Shown here: piece by piece, positions 8,648-17,098 of the stretch
Position numbering within the stretch: the first letter of the stretch is position 1
How the letters are laid out: every line of letters begins with the position of its first letter
DNA from: Candidatus Saccharimonadales bacterium
GTDB taxonomy: Bacteria > Patescibacteriota > Saccharimonadia > Saccharimonadales > EFPC-124
Direction: 5' to 3'
Length of the DNA: 64,000 nt
Assembly (NCBI GenBank): GCA_050730875.1
Contig: JBOHNX010000001.1
Span: 141,827 to 205,826 of the forward strand
Made by a program: the position numbers and the translations under genes
The notes under the pieces: generated by a model
What the model saw: the letters and a program-made list of their open reading frames with translations, nothing else
What the model was told of the DNA's origin: nothing
Databases searched by the model: none

Positions 8648-8841
8648 ATAACTAACCTTTCCGGGGTTATTTTTTGCCTCAATGTTCATATTACTCTAAC
8701 ACAAATTACTATTGGTGTCAAATAACGAGGGTATAAGTTAATTATAGCATCAACTCGACGTTTTAGGTAGTCTCTGATGTGACAGTTTATAACTGTGGAT
8801 AAATAGTATAAGCGTAAGAGGTATGTAGGAAAATTATATAG

Positions 8842-9253
8842 AAAACGGGCTCTCGCGGTTGCAAGAGCCCTTATGGAGGGATGGCACCGGCCTAGGAAAC
8901 GCAGGCGGGCTCGGTCTCCCGAGGTGCGTACATCTAGGCCGGTGCCTGGCGTCGGCTGCAGTCTCCCTCAAGCCTGCCGACGCCGCGGTTCTCGTCGTCC
9001 CAATGGGCCCGAACATGACGAGAACCAGTGAGGCTGCCCATGAGTCCCCCCAGGCCCCAAGACAACCTCACGAAAGGACCACGCCGCAACGCTCGGGGGT
9101 GCAGCTGCGGCGTGGTCCAGCCTTTAGCCCACCGTAGCGCGCCGCGTCCCTGGGGAGGCCGTGCCTTCCGGATGAAGGTACGTCGCGTACGCTACGGTGG
9201 GGGCTTGTATCATTCGGCTGATTGCAGCCGAACAAGTTCACTATTAAGGTGTA
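8842..9253. ncRNA. unassigned GC-rich highly structured element (candidate ncRNA, strand unresolved)
   Basis: Seven or more long helices: 8883-8895/8934-8946, 8948-8956/8976-8984, 8987-8998/9015-9026, 9028-9033/9066-9071, 9076-9087/9107-9118, 9128-9139/9190-9201 and 9161-9168/9174-9181. A possible pseudoknot pairs 9048-9054 with 9149-9155. Two G.U pairs favour the + strand. A promoter (TTGATG-17-TATTAT, 9260-9288) and a terminator hairpin with U run (8847-8870) favour the - strand. No credible ORF. Confidence 0.55.
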
Positions 9254-9301
9254 CTATAAATAATAACTTAGTTTAGTAATTTCATCAACAGACCACCTCT
9301 G

Positions 9302-11602
9302 TTATTTGCGGGTGCGACGAGAACGAGCACTCTTGGCTGGCGCTTTGGCGAGGAGTTCTTTGCATTGCGCTAATGTGAGTTGCGCTGGTTCGATGTCTTT
9401 TGGCACTTTGACATTCTTTTTGCCATCGGTGATGTAAGGACCAAAGCGGCCGTTGAGGACTCTAATCCCCTCTTCACTGAAGTCGTGGATGGTCATTTTG
9501 GCACGTTTTTCGGCGTCTTCGGCTAAGAGCTGTTTAGCGGTTGCAAGGTCTATGGTCAGAGGGTCGTGCCCCTTAATTGAGACGTAACGTTTAGCGACGC
9601 GAACGTATGGTCCGAAACGACCAATGTTAGCCTCGATTTCTTCGTTGTTGTCGGTCAGGCCAACGACTCGGGGCAATTTAAGCAATTCGAGTGCTTGTTC
9701 GAGCGTAATTGTGTCGAGTGAGATTTCGGGCGGAATGGTAGCGAAGGTTGGTTTTTCTTCCTCCTCAGCTTCCCCTACCTGTACCATGGGGCCGTAGCGG
9801 CCAAAGCGGGCAGATACTTTACGACCGGTTTTGGGATCGGTACCAAGGGTTCGAGATTGCATAGCCTCGGCACGACTGACGCCTTCAGACTTTTCGACTG
9901 TTTTATGGAATGGGTCGTAGAATTCTTTAAGCATTTGCTGCCACGCTAGTTTGCCATCGGCGATGCCATCGAACTCTTCTTCGACTGTTGCGGTGAAGTC
10001 GTAGTCGATGATGTGTGGGAAGTGCAGTACCAAGAAGTCGGTTACGACTTTGCCGATGTCGGTGGGTACTAACTTGCCCTTATCGGTAGGAATTGGCTCC
10101 ATGGCCTGCTTGCGCTCAACTGCGCTAGCAGCTAGTGACAGGCGCACCACTTCCCGCTCGCCGCCAACGACGTCGGCTTTTTCAACATAGCCGCGATCTT
10201 GGATGGTGCTGATAGTTGGCGCGTAGGTACTTGGACGTCCAATGCCGAGTTCTTCGAGTTTGCGTACCAGGCTAGCTTCGGTGTAACGTGCGGGTGCCCT
10301 GGCGTAGGTCTGTTCGGCTTCGGCACTAACCAAATTGAGTTTGTCGCCGGTTTTTACCTCTGGCAATAAGCCTTCTTCTTTGGCTTCTTTACCTTCGGCA
10401 TAGACTTTTAAGAAACCGGGGAATTCGACAATCTCGCCCTTGGCTTCCAGCACGTCTTTGCTTTCGCTTAGGCCAATGGTGATAGTAGTTTTTTCGATCT
10501 TGGCTGGCGCCATTTGCGATGCGACGCTGCGCTTCCAAATAAGTTCGTAGAGTTTTTGTTGCTGGGCGTCATCGCCGGCTTGGCGGACGCTGGCGTTAGT
10601 GGGGCGAATAGCTTCGTGAGCTTCTTGGGCGCCGGCACTTTTGGTCGTGAATTTTCGGGTTTGCAGGTAGTTTTCGCCATACTCTTTTTTAATGAGCTCG
10701 GCCATAGCGCCAATTGCCAGGCTGCTGAGGTTAACCGAGTCGGTACGCATGTAGGTGATGTGACCATTTTCGTACAAGCGCTGTGCGAGCATCATAGTTT
10801 GCTTTGGTGAAAAACCAAGTCGGCGCGATGCTTCTTGTTGCAGTGTGCTGGTGGTAAACGGTGCGCTTGGGCTGCGCGTACCAGGCGTTTTTTCAACGTT
10901 GGCGATGCTGCATTCGCTCTTAACAAGTGCTTCGAGGAATGCCTGAGCTTCTGCCTCGCTTTCGTATTTAACCGGTGCCTCTGCTTTCAATTCCGTGCCG
11001 TCTTCAAGTGTCAGAAGTGCATTTACTTTAAAGCTGGTCTTGGCTTCGAAACCTTCAATCTCGCGTTCGCGCTCAACAATTAAACGCACTGCCACAGATT
11101 GCACACGGCCAGCGCTTAAACCTGTGCGGACTTTTTTCCAGAGGACCGGGCTCAGTTCGTACCCCACAATGCGGTCTAAAATACGACGCGCTTGTTGCGC
11201 GTCTACTAATTTAAGGTCAATGCTGCGAGGATTCTTTACCGCCGCTTCGATTGCCGGTTTGGTAATTTCATGAAAGACAATGCGCTTTGTGTTTTCGGGT
11301 TTGAGCTTCAGCGCTTCGCTTAAATGCCAAGCAATTGCTTCCCCTTCGCGGTCTTCATCGCTTGCGAGCCAGATGATATCGGCAGTTTTAGCTGCAGCGC
11401 GCAGTTCGGCAACCGTTTTCTTTTTATCTGGGCTTACTTCGTACTTTGGTTCGAAATTATTGGCGATATCAACGCTCATCCCCTTTTTAGGAAGGTCGCG
11501 GATGTGCCCAAAGCTGCTTTTAACGACAAAATCCTTGCCTAAATACTTGGCAATGGTTTTGGCTTTGGCCGGTGACTCTACAATGACTAGGTTCTTGCTC
11601 AT
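9302..11602 (-). CDS. topA: DNA topoisomerase I
   Basis: Toprim start MSKNLVIVESPAKAKTI...GHIRDLP. Also has SDEDREGEAI, a catalytic-region YITYMRTDS motif, and a C-terminal repeated RFGPY module. The likely start is 11602 (the ORF track starts at 11656). Confidence 0.95.
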   Translation of the reverse strand: MSKNLVIVESPAKAKTIAKYLGKDFVVKSSFGHIRDLPKKGMSVDIANNFEPKYEVSPDKKKTVAELRAAAKTADIIWLASDEDREGEAIAWHLSEALKLKPENTKRIVFHEITKPAIEAAVKNPRSIDLKLVDAQQARRILDRIVGYELSPVLWKKVRTGLSAGRVQSVAVRLIVEREREIEGFEAKTSFKVNALLTLEDGTELKAEAPVKYESEAEAQAFLEALVKSECSIANVEKTPGTRSPSAPFTTSTLQQEASRRLGFSPKQTMMLAQRLYENGHITYMRTDSVNLSSLAIGAMAELIKKEYGENYLQTRKFTTKSAGAQEAHEAIRPTNASVRQAGDDAQQQKLYELIWKRSVASQMAPAKIEKTTITIGLSESKDVLEAKGEIVEFPGFLKVYAEGKEAKEEGLLPEVKTGDKLNLVSAEAEQTYARAPARYTEASLVRKLEELGIGRPSTYAPTISTIQDRGYVEKADVVGGEREVVRLSLAASAVERKQAMEPIPTDKGKLVPTDIGKVVTDFLVLHFPHIIDYDFTATVEEEFDGIADGKLAWQQMLKEFYDPFHKTVEKSEGVSRAEAMQSRTLGTDPKTGRKVSARFGRYGPMVQVGEAEEEEKPTFATIPPEISLDTITLEQALELLKLPRVVGLTDNNEEIEANIGRFGPYVRVAKRYVSIKGHDPLTIDLATAKQLLAEDAEKRAKMTIHDFSEEGIRVLNGRFGPYITDGKKNVKVPKDIEPAQLTLAQCKELLAKAPAKSARSRRTRK

Positions 11603-11698
11603 GCTTGTTCGTTGGTTTCGATGCCTTATGGTACTGACTGTTCTATAAGAATGCAAGTAAGTTTTTATGAAAACTGTAAGATATTAGCGACATAGGTC

Positions 11699-11727
11699 TT
11701 GACAGCTTATGGTTAAAAGAGTATAAA
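11699..11727 (+). promoter_or_regulatory. near-consensus sigma70 promoter (TTGACA-17 nt-TATAAA)
   Basis: The -35 TTGACA is at 11699-11704 and the -10 TATAAA is at 11722-11727, with a 17-nt spacer. Confidence 0.6.
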
Positions 11728-11733
11728 ACTAAG

Positions 11734-12066
11734 ACAGCCGGAGTATATGTAGGACCTACATACACTCCGCGAACCTCTCGTTTGCGCTCTCCCTCGCGCA
11801 GGCGAAAACAAACATCCTCTCTATGGAAGAAGGCGGTCATGGACCCGGGTTTGGAGGGTTTCCTCCGACAAACAATGAATGGTAGTTGGCTTTTCAACAA
11901 ACCGACTACGCCTTCCCCTACTACTCCCACCGACGAGCCACCCACTCGCCAGCCCACTCGTCCTCAGGATGGGGTTCGGGCGGGCGGCCCACGTCGACTC
12001 ATCGCGTGGTGAGGAGCCCGGTTGGGGTGGAGTTCTTCATTGGACTCCACCCTGCCGGGTTTTTTA
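11734..12066 (+). ncRNA. orphan ~330-nt transcription unit: structured RNA or mRNA for a 57-aa P/T-rich peptide
   Basis: Promoter at 11699-11727. Strong intrinsic terminator at 12017-12059 followed by T6. Hairpins at 11740-11753/11755-11768 and 11882-11889/11902-11909 (the latter has a U.G pair valid only on +). C-rich tract at 11910-11965. A possible ORF at 11839..12012 has a weak AAGG RBS. Confidence 0.5.
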
Positions 12067-12148
12067 TTTGCAAGGATAAGCATTTATTGACACCTTGGCC
12101 AACCAGGAGTAAACCATAGATACTACAGCAGCGACCAGGAGTATACAC

Positions 12149-12415
12149 GTGGAAGAAGACGGCTATAACGGCAACCCAGTTTGGACAGAAGCAACTATTG
12201 AGCCCCCGAAAGGACAAGCGATGTACGATATGGTGGCAGATGCATGCCACGGAAACCGACGCAGCAATGGTGAGGTACGGTTTGACATTTTCGATGAAAA
12301 AGGGTGTGAAGTGAGAGGCTTTTGTTTAAGGGCACTTAAGTCAGCGGCACGATTTATAGATGAGAAACCTAAGGCTCATTCGGAGATTCTCCGGCGAGAG
12401 CATCGCAGATACTAA
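12149..12415 (+). CDS. hypothetical protein (88 aa, GTG start)
   Basis: An AGGAG RBS lies 7 nt upstream of the GTG. No recognisable domain. Its 3' end overlaps the dprA stop by 4 nt (convergent). Confidence 0.4.
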   Translation: MEEDGYNGNPVWTEATIEPPKGQAMYDMVADACHGNRRSNGEVRFDIFDEKGCEVRGFCLRALKSAARFIDEKPKAHSEILRREHRRY

Positions 12416-13272
12416 CGCAGCGTCCACTGGTTGCCACCCAACGCGCGGATTTTGCCAGTTACCTCTAGCATAGTGAGTGTTTGACTGAATGCTGCTGGCG
12501 TGAGTTTGCTTTGCACCTGTAGCTCTATTCCGTCACGTGTGCCGCTGGCAATCAAGGTAAGAATTGCTTGTTCTTCGGCGGTATTGCCTATTGGTAGTGT
12601 CGCCTGATTTTTTGGTTCGGTTAAACCAAGCTCGTGCAAGATGTCGCTGACGTCGGTTATTGGCCGGGCGCCCATTTTTATCAGGTTATTACAGCCTTCG
12701 CTCATGGGATTGGTAATGTTGCCGGGCACGGCCATGACCGGCTTACCCTGTTCTAGTGCAAACCCGGCAGTGTGCATGGTGCCGCTTTTGGCGGCAGCCT
12801 CTACGACAAGTAAACCATCGCTAATGCCAGATACAATGCGATTACGGGCTATGAAGTTAGCAGGATAAGTCGTGGTGCCTGGCTCGTATTCGCTTAAAAG
12901 CGCGCCGCCGCTTTCCATGATGCGCTGAGCCAACTTGCGATGAGATGCGGGGTAAATTTCGGTTACACTGCTTGGTAAAACCGCTATTGTTGTACCGCCG
13001 GCATCGAGCGCTGCTTGGTGGGCAATGGCATCGATACCGAGGGCTAACCCACTGACAACTACGACTCCCCTGCTCGCTAGCTCATACGCTAGCCGGTAGC
13101 CAATCTCTTTGCCGTACGGACTTGGTCTGCGGGTGCCAACAATTGCAATGGTTGGAATTCGGGTTTGAGGTAATTTTCCCAACAACCATAATCTTTTTGG
13201 ATAATTTGCAATATTTTTTGTAATCTGGAGAAATTCACTCTCATCTGGCGTTGTTTTATTGATTTTATGCAT
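12412..13272 (-). CDS. dprA: DNA processing protein DprA (Smf)
   Basis: DprA Rossmann-like core: VVSGLALGIDAIAHQAALDAGGTTIAVLPSS...SGGALLSEY...FIARNRIVSG. Confidence 0.9.
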   Translation of the reverse strand: MHKINKTTPDESEFLQITKNIANYPKRLWLLGKLPQTRIPTIAIVGTRRPSPYGKEIGYRLAYELASRGVVVVSGLALGIDAIAHQAALDAGGTTIAVLPSSVTEIYPASHRKLAQRIMESGGALLSEYEPGTTTYPANFIARNRIVSGISDGLLVVEAAAKSGTMHTAGFALEQGKPVMAVPGNITNPMSEGCNNLIKMGARPITDVSDILHELGLTEPKNQATLPIGNTAEEQAILTLIASGTRDGIELQVQSKLTPAAFSQTLTMLEVTGKIRALGGNQWTLR

Positions 13273-13290
13273 TTTTTATGTAGAAAAGTA

Positions 13291-13319
13291 TTGACACAAA
13301 CGAGCAGAAATGTTAAATT
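13291..13319 (+). promoter_or_regulatory. sigma70-type promoter (TTGACA-17 nt-TAAATT with TGT extended -10)
   Basis: TTGACA at 13291-13296 and TAAATT at 13314-13319. It is divergent from dprA. Confidence 0.55.
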
Positions 13320-13325
13320 ATCGCA

Positions 13326-13618
13326 TGGTGAACCTTTAAGAGGTTTCATCGCACCTTATACCCCCAAATTCTAACATTTACTACTTCGGTAGTGAATAGA
13401 GTTAGATTGCATGCAACGTGCGTCTTAAAGTTTCTACCCTCCACTTTAATCGCATCTTGATCTGAAATAAGATCATCAACATGCGTTGCGTGCAAACTAA
13501 TCCCTTTAACCGGCGGACCTCTTGTATTTTGTGAGGTGGGTCACGCTAATGCCCGAACGGGTGGGTTGAAGGGTAAAACGGCGCCAGGTGATGCCCACCC
13601 TTACCTGGCGCCTTTTTA
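13326..13618 (+). ncRNA. orphan ~290-nt structured RNA, unassigned
   Basis: Bounded by a promoter at 13291-13319 and a terminator at 13580-13589/13603-13612 plus T5. A 13-14 bp helix (13408-13421/13483-13496) has three U.G/G.U pairs that are valid only on +. It encloses two hairpins, giving a 3-way junction. A UUCG-capped hairpin lies at about 13366-13406. No ORF. Confidence 0.6.
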
Positions 13619-13634
13619 TTTGGACTAGTCTTAG

Positions 13635-13663
13635 TTGACAAAAGTGCAATTAATTGATATAGT
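13635..13663 (+). promoter_or_regulatory. consensus-like sigma70 promoter (TTGACA-17 nt-TATAGT)
   Basis: TTGACA at 13635-13640 and TATAGT at 13658-13663. It lies upstream of CDS 13758. Confidence 0.6.
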
Positions 13664-13757
13664 ATTGCTATGTTCTCTTGCAGTTGTTACAAGAAATTGC
13701 ACCATACATCGTCGCCTCGAGCAACCGCTCGGCGACATCGAGACAGAGGAGAATTAG

Positions 13758-14060
13758 ATGTCTGTCCAACTCCAGAAGCTTGCATTCAAGCTGGCCATCG
13801 GTTTTAGCCTGATGGTTTCGATGGCGATCTTCCTGCTGGTCTTCTCCCGCCTTCTGCACTGGAGCGTTGTGTGGGTGATCACTATCTTTGTGACCGTGCT
13901 TTTCGTCGGCGCCTATATTTTCTTCGCCGCCGTGGTGGAGGTTGCAGCTCGCCTGCGCTTCAATCCGGAGATGTTCGAAAAGAGGTCAAAAACTGATCTA
14001 TGCACCGGGTACGGCGGGCGCAGAGCTCATCTCCTCTGTCTCCCGCAACTAGAATTCTGA
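13758..14060 (+). CDS. small membrane protein (2 predicted TM helices)
   Basis: 100-aa ORF with a GAGGAG RBS 7 nt upstream. Two long hydrophobic segments. It has its own promoter. Confidence 0.6.
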   Translation: MSVQLQKLAFKLAIGFSLMVSMAIFLLVFSRLLHWSVVWVITIFVTVLFVGAYIFFAAVVEVAARLRFNPEMFEKRSKTDLCTGYGGRRAHLLCLPQLEF

Positions 14061-14084
14061 AATCTTCAGGCTTGTAGTTGCGGT

Positions 14085-14639
14085 CTAAACTTTATGCGTG
14101 TCGTGCGGGAAATCGCCAGCGGCGAATTTGTGCACGAGCTCGGCTACCTTTGGTGCCAGATCTTTTTGAAGTGTTTCGGATTCTTCTTTGCCTAGTCTAC
14201 TCAACACAAAATCTGCAGCGTCATTTCTAGGTGTGTGTTCGTTTGCAATGCCTATGCGGATGCGCGCGTACTCGCTGCCAATGTGCTGGCTGATGCTTTT
14301 TATGCCGTTGTTACCGGCGTCGCTGCCCCCTACTCGGGTGCGAACGGTGCCAAATGACAGGGCTAGCTCGTCGTGAATAACCAGGACGTCAGCGGCGCTT
14401 AGTTTGTAAAAATCCATGACTGCGCGCACGGTTTCGCCCGAAAGGTTATAGTAGGTTGTTGGTTTTACGAGCAGAATTTTATCGGATTTGAGTTCGGCGA
14501 TGTGCGCCTTAAATTTGTCCTTTTTAGTCCACTCTGCACCATGCACTGTGGCGATGATATCGCACATGGCAAAGCCGACGTTGTGGCGCGTGCCGTCAAA
14601 ATGGGCGCCTAAGTTACCGAGGCCGACGATTAGCTTCAT
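14085..14639 (-). CDS. pth: peptidyl-tRNA hydrolase
   Basis: [11 protein letters not shown]...TRHNVGF...GGSDAGNNGIKSI are typical Pth motifs. Confidence 0.92.
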   Translation of the reverse strand: MKLIVGLGNLGAHFDGTRHNVGFAMCDIIATVHGAEWTKKDKFKAHIAELKSDKILLVKPTTYYNLSGETVRAVMDFYKLSAADVLVIHDELALSFGTVRTRVGGSDAGNNGIKSISQHIGSEYARIRIGIANEHTPRNDAADFVLSRLGKEESETLQKDLAPKVAELVHKFAAGDFPHDTHKV

Positions 14640-15960
14640 CTCGCCTTCCCTTCTCTTCGCGGAAACTGAACTTTATTGTTGTGCCAGTGTAATCGAACCG
14701 TTCGCGCATGGCGCGTTCTAAGTAGCGTTTGTAAGACCAGTGCAAATAGCGCAGGTTGCTGCCAAATACTACAAACCACGGTGGATTTGTGTCGGTTTGC
14801 ACCATGTAACGCAGCTTGGGGTGCGTATTTTTGAGGCCAGCTGGTGGATGGCTGTGGACGCACTGTTGCAGGATTTTGTTGAGCTCGGCAGTTTTGAGTT
14901 CTTGGCGGCGGCGTTCGTCAATTTCGGATGCAAGGTCGAAAATTTTAGCGACGTTTTGTCCGGTCACGGCGCTGGTGAAAATAAGTGGCGCCCATGGCAC
15001 ATGCTGGAAGTCAAAATGCAGTTTCTTGGCGATTTCATCGCGCGAGTACGGCGTTTTGTCGTCGAGTGTGTCCCATTTGCTTATAACGATCACGATACCT
15101 TTGCCGGCTTCTTTAATAATGCCGGCGATTTTTTGGTCGAGGGCGGTGCTGAGCTCGTTCACGTCCATCAAAAGTAAACAAATGTCAGCTTGCTCGATGG
15201 CTTGCAGGCTACGCAGGACGCTGAATTTTTCGATGCCGACTTCAATTTTGCCGCTACGGCGGATACCGGCAGTGTCGAGCAGTTCTACATCGCGTTGATG
15301 GTAGCGCACACGCACGCGGTTTACATCGCGCGTGGTGCCCGCAACATCGGCCACAATTGCTTGCTGCTTGCCAGCCAAAGTGTTAAATAAGTACGATTTA
15401 CCGACGTTTGGGCGGCCGATCAGCGCAATGCGTAGAACATTGTCGTCCGGGATATCTTTTTTAGATGGAACGTCGGCTGCGATAGCTTCTAACAGTTCAT
15501 CTACGCCAGTGCTGTGCTCGGCTGAGGTACGGTAAATGTGCTTAATGCCGAGTTTCAAAAAGTCTTCGGTTGGCAGCGCGTCGGCTTTGTCGGTTTTGTT
15601 AAGCACCAGCTTAACCACCTTTTTAGATTTGAGCGCTTTTTTAGCAACGGTGCGGTCTTGGTCGGTCACCATGGTGGTGGCATCGACCACAACTAAAATA
15701 AGGTCAGCGGCGGCGCTGGCCTCTTCAATCTGTTCTTGAATGGTTGCTTCAAACTGGTCTTCGGGGTCCTTTAGACCCGCGGTGTCGACCAGCCAGAAGT
15801 TACGATCTTTAAAACCAACTTTACCAACCACCGGGTCGCGGGTAGTACCAGCTTCACGCGCAACAATCGCCTGCTGGTAGCCAACAAGGCGGTTAAACAA
15901 GCTAGATTTGCCAACGTTGGTCTGGCCAACAATAGCGACGGTCGGAAGTCGTTTACTCAT
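14614..15960 (-). CDS. der: ribosome-associated GTPase Der/EngA (two GTPase domains + KH-like)
   Basis: Two G-domains: [16 protein letters not shown]...DTAG, and [15 protein letters not shown]...DTAG...SKWD. Confidence 0.95.
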   Translation of the reverse strand: MSKRLPTVAIVGQTNVGKSSLFNRLVGYQQAIVAREAGTTRDPVVGKVGFKDRNFWLVDTAGLKDPEDQFEATIQEQIEEASAAADLILVVVDATTMVTDQDRTVAKKALKSKKVVKLVLNKTDKADALPTEDFLKLGIKHIYRTSAEHSTGVDELLEAIAADVPSKKDIPDDNVLRIALIGRPNVGKSYLFNTLAGKQQAIVADVAGTTRDVNRVRVRYHQRDVELLDTAGIRRSGKIEVGIEKFSVLRSLQAIEQADICLLLMDVNELSTALDQKIAGIIKEAGKGIVIVISKWDTLDDKTPYSRDEIAKKLHFDFQHVPWAPLIFTSAVTGQNVAKIFDLASEIDERRRQELKTAELNKILQQCVHSHPPAGLKNTHPKLRYMVQTDTNPPWFVVFGSNLRYLHWSYKRYLERAMRERFDYTGTTIKFSFREEKGRRDEANRRPR

Positions 15961-16195
15961 TAGGGTACATTATATCAGTTAAACGAGGTGCGAGCGGTTA
16001 GCCCGCACCTCGTTTCTGGTTGAAGGGTAACGAACCGGCTAATTATACCGCAGAAACATAATAAATAAAATAGTAGGCTAGTTAGTCAACTATATTTTGT
16101 AATAAGCAAAATTTGAGATGATCCTCCGGGCGACGCTATGCCGCCCGGAGGATCAAGTCACTCAGGTGGGAGTTGGTACGGGCGCCGGTTGCGAG

Positions 16196-16306
16196 CTACA
16201 CGGTGTCGTCGTCGACCAGAAGGTGCTGGTACGACGGGTGTCGTAGCTTTCGGATGACCGCAACCACTATGAGAGCGGCCACAATACCCGCGACGATCTT
16301 ACCCAT
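16196..16306 (-). CDS. 36-aa single-TM peptide
   Basis: Sequence MGKIVAGIVAALIVVAVIRKLRHPSYQHLLVDDDTV. A GGGAGGTG RBS lies 8 nt upstream. Own promoter (TTGCTA-17-TACAAT, about 16340-16368). A 13-bp hairpin terminator lies at about 16122-16160. GC-rich codons. Confidence 0.5.
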   Translation of the reverse strand: MGKIVAGIVAALIVVAVIRKLRHPSYQHLLVDDDTV

Positions 16307-16383
16307 TTTCTTACACCTCCCTTCAAGGAGATAGTTCCGAGCGAACGGGTGAATTGTACGATGAAATTTGCTTTTTAGCAATC

Positions 16384-17082
16384 TTATGGATTGCTGATTT
16401 CTTTGATTGAGCCCGGCTTCATGTTCTGGATGTGGTAATTGCCAAACTGGATACGGTGTAAACGTGTAACCTCGTAACCGAGTGCGCGGAAGGTGCGGCG
16501 GATTTGGCGGTTGCGGCCCTCACTCATAGTGACGAGCCACTTGGTATCGTCGCCTTCGCGTTGGCGGTCTAACTGCAGCCTACTAGGGCCGTCGTCTAGC
16601 TGCACGCCCATCTCACCTATCATTTGCCGGTGCAGGGGCTGTAGCGGCGCATCCAAGCTAACCTCGTACTTTTTGACCTTTTTAAATTTCGGATGCGTTA
16701 GTTGGTAGGCCAGGTCACCGTCGTTGGTGAGCAACATAATACCCGACGTATCTTTATCGAGCCGGCCAACGGGCTTGAGGTGGTGGTATTTTTCTGATAA
16801 CAAGCTGTAAATTGTCGGTGTGTCACCTTGTTGCCGCCGGCTAGAGACATAACCGGTTGGTTTATGAAAAAGCACATATAAAAACTGGGGTGCCTCAGCG
16901 CTATTTAAGACTTTGCCCTTTACGGCAACTTCGTCGCCGGGCCAAACGCGCGCGCCAAGTTCGGGCTTTTCGCCATTAACGCTGACTTTGCCTTTTTCAA
17001 TAAGCTCATCTGCCGCTCGGCGACCGATGCTTAAACGTTGCGCTAAAAATTTATTCAACCGTACAGGTTCGGGTGTTGTCAT
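16384..17082 (-). CDS. pseudouridine synthase, RsuA/RluB family (S4 + catalytic domain)
   Basis: N-terminal S4-like RLNKFLAQRLSIGRRAADELI. Catalytic GRLDKDTSGIMLLTNDG. Confidence 0.88.
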   Translation of the reverse strand: MTTPEPVRLNKFLAQRLSIGRRAADELIEKGKVSVNGEKPELGARVWPGDEVAVKGKVLNSAEAPQFLYVLFHKPTGYVSSRRQQGDTPTIYSLLSEKYHHLKPVGRLDKDTSGIMLLTNDGDLAYQLTHPKFKKVKKYEVSLDAPLQPLHRQMIGEMGVQLDDGPSRLQLDRQREGDDTKWLVTMSEGRNRQIRRTFRALGYEVTRLHRIQFGNYHIQNMKPGSIKEISNP

Positions 17083-17098
17083 TGAGTACTAGTATACG

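Noticed and set aside
8794-8802. A perfect DnaA-box complement (TGTGGATAA), suggesting oriC.
   Set aside because: It is a single box with no cluster, no AT-rich DUE pattern and no dnaA/dnaN nearby. It is more likely a regulatory site or chance.
8859-9276. ORFs of 92 aa and 82 aa on + inside the GC-rich element, and 60 aa on -.
   Set aside because: They have no RBS, give R/P/G-rich translations and overlap dense helices. The region behaves like structured RNA or DNA, not coding sequence.
13089-13349. An 86-aa ORF on the - strand.
   Set aside because: It overlaps the dprA 5' region out of frame and the divergent promoter. No RBS.
13564-13576. The 13-mer GGTTGAAGGGTAA is repeated at 16018-16030.
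   Set aside because: About 60 chance 13-mer pairs are expected in 64 kb on both strands. The two copies also lie in opposite orientation relative to their transcripts.
15961-16020. A TATAAT box 8 nt before the der ATG plus an upstream terminator-like hairpin, suggesting a possible leaderless or attenuated der.
   Set aside because: There is no acceptable -35. The hairpin is adequately explained as a terminator for the upstream micro-gene. This is too speculative without TSS data.
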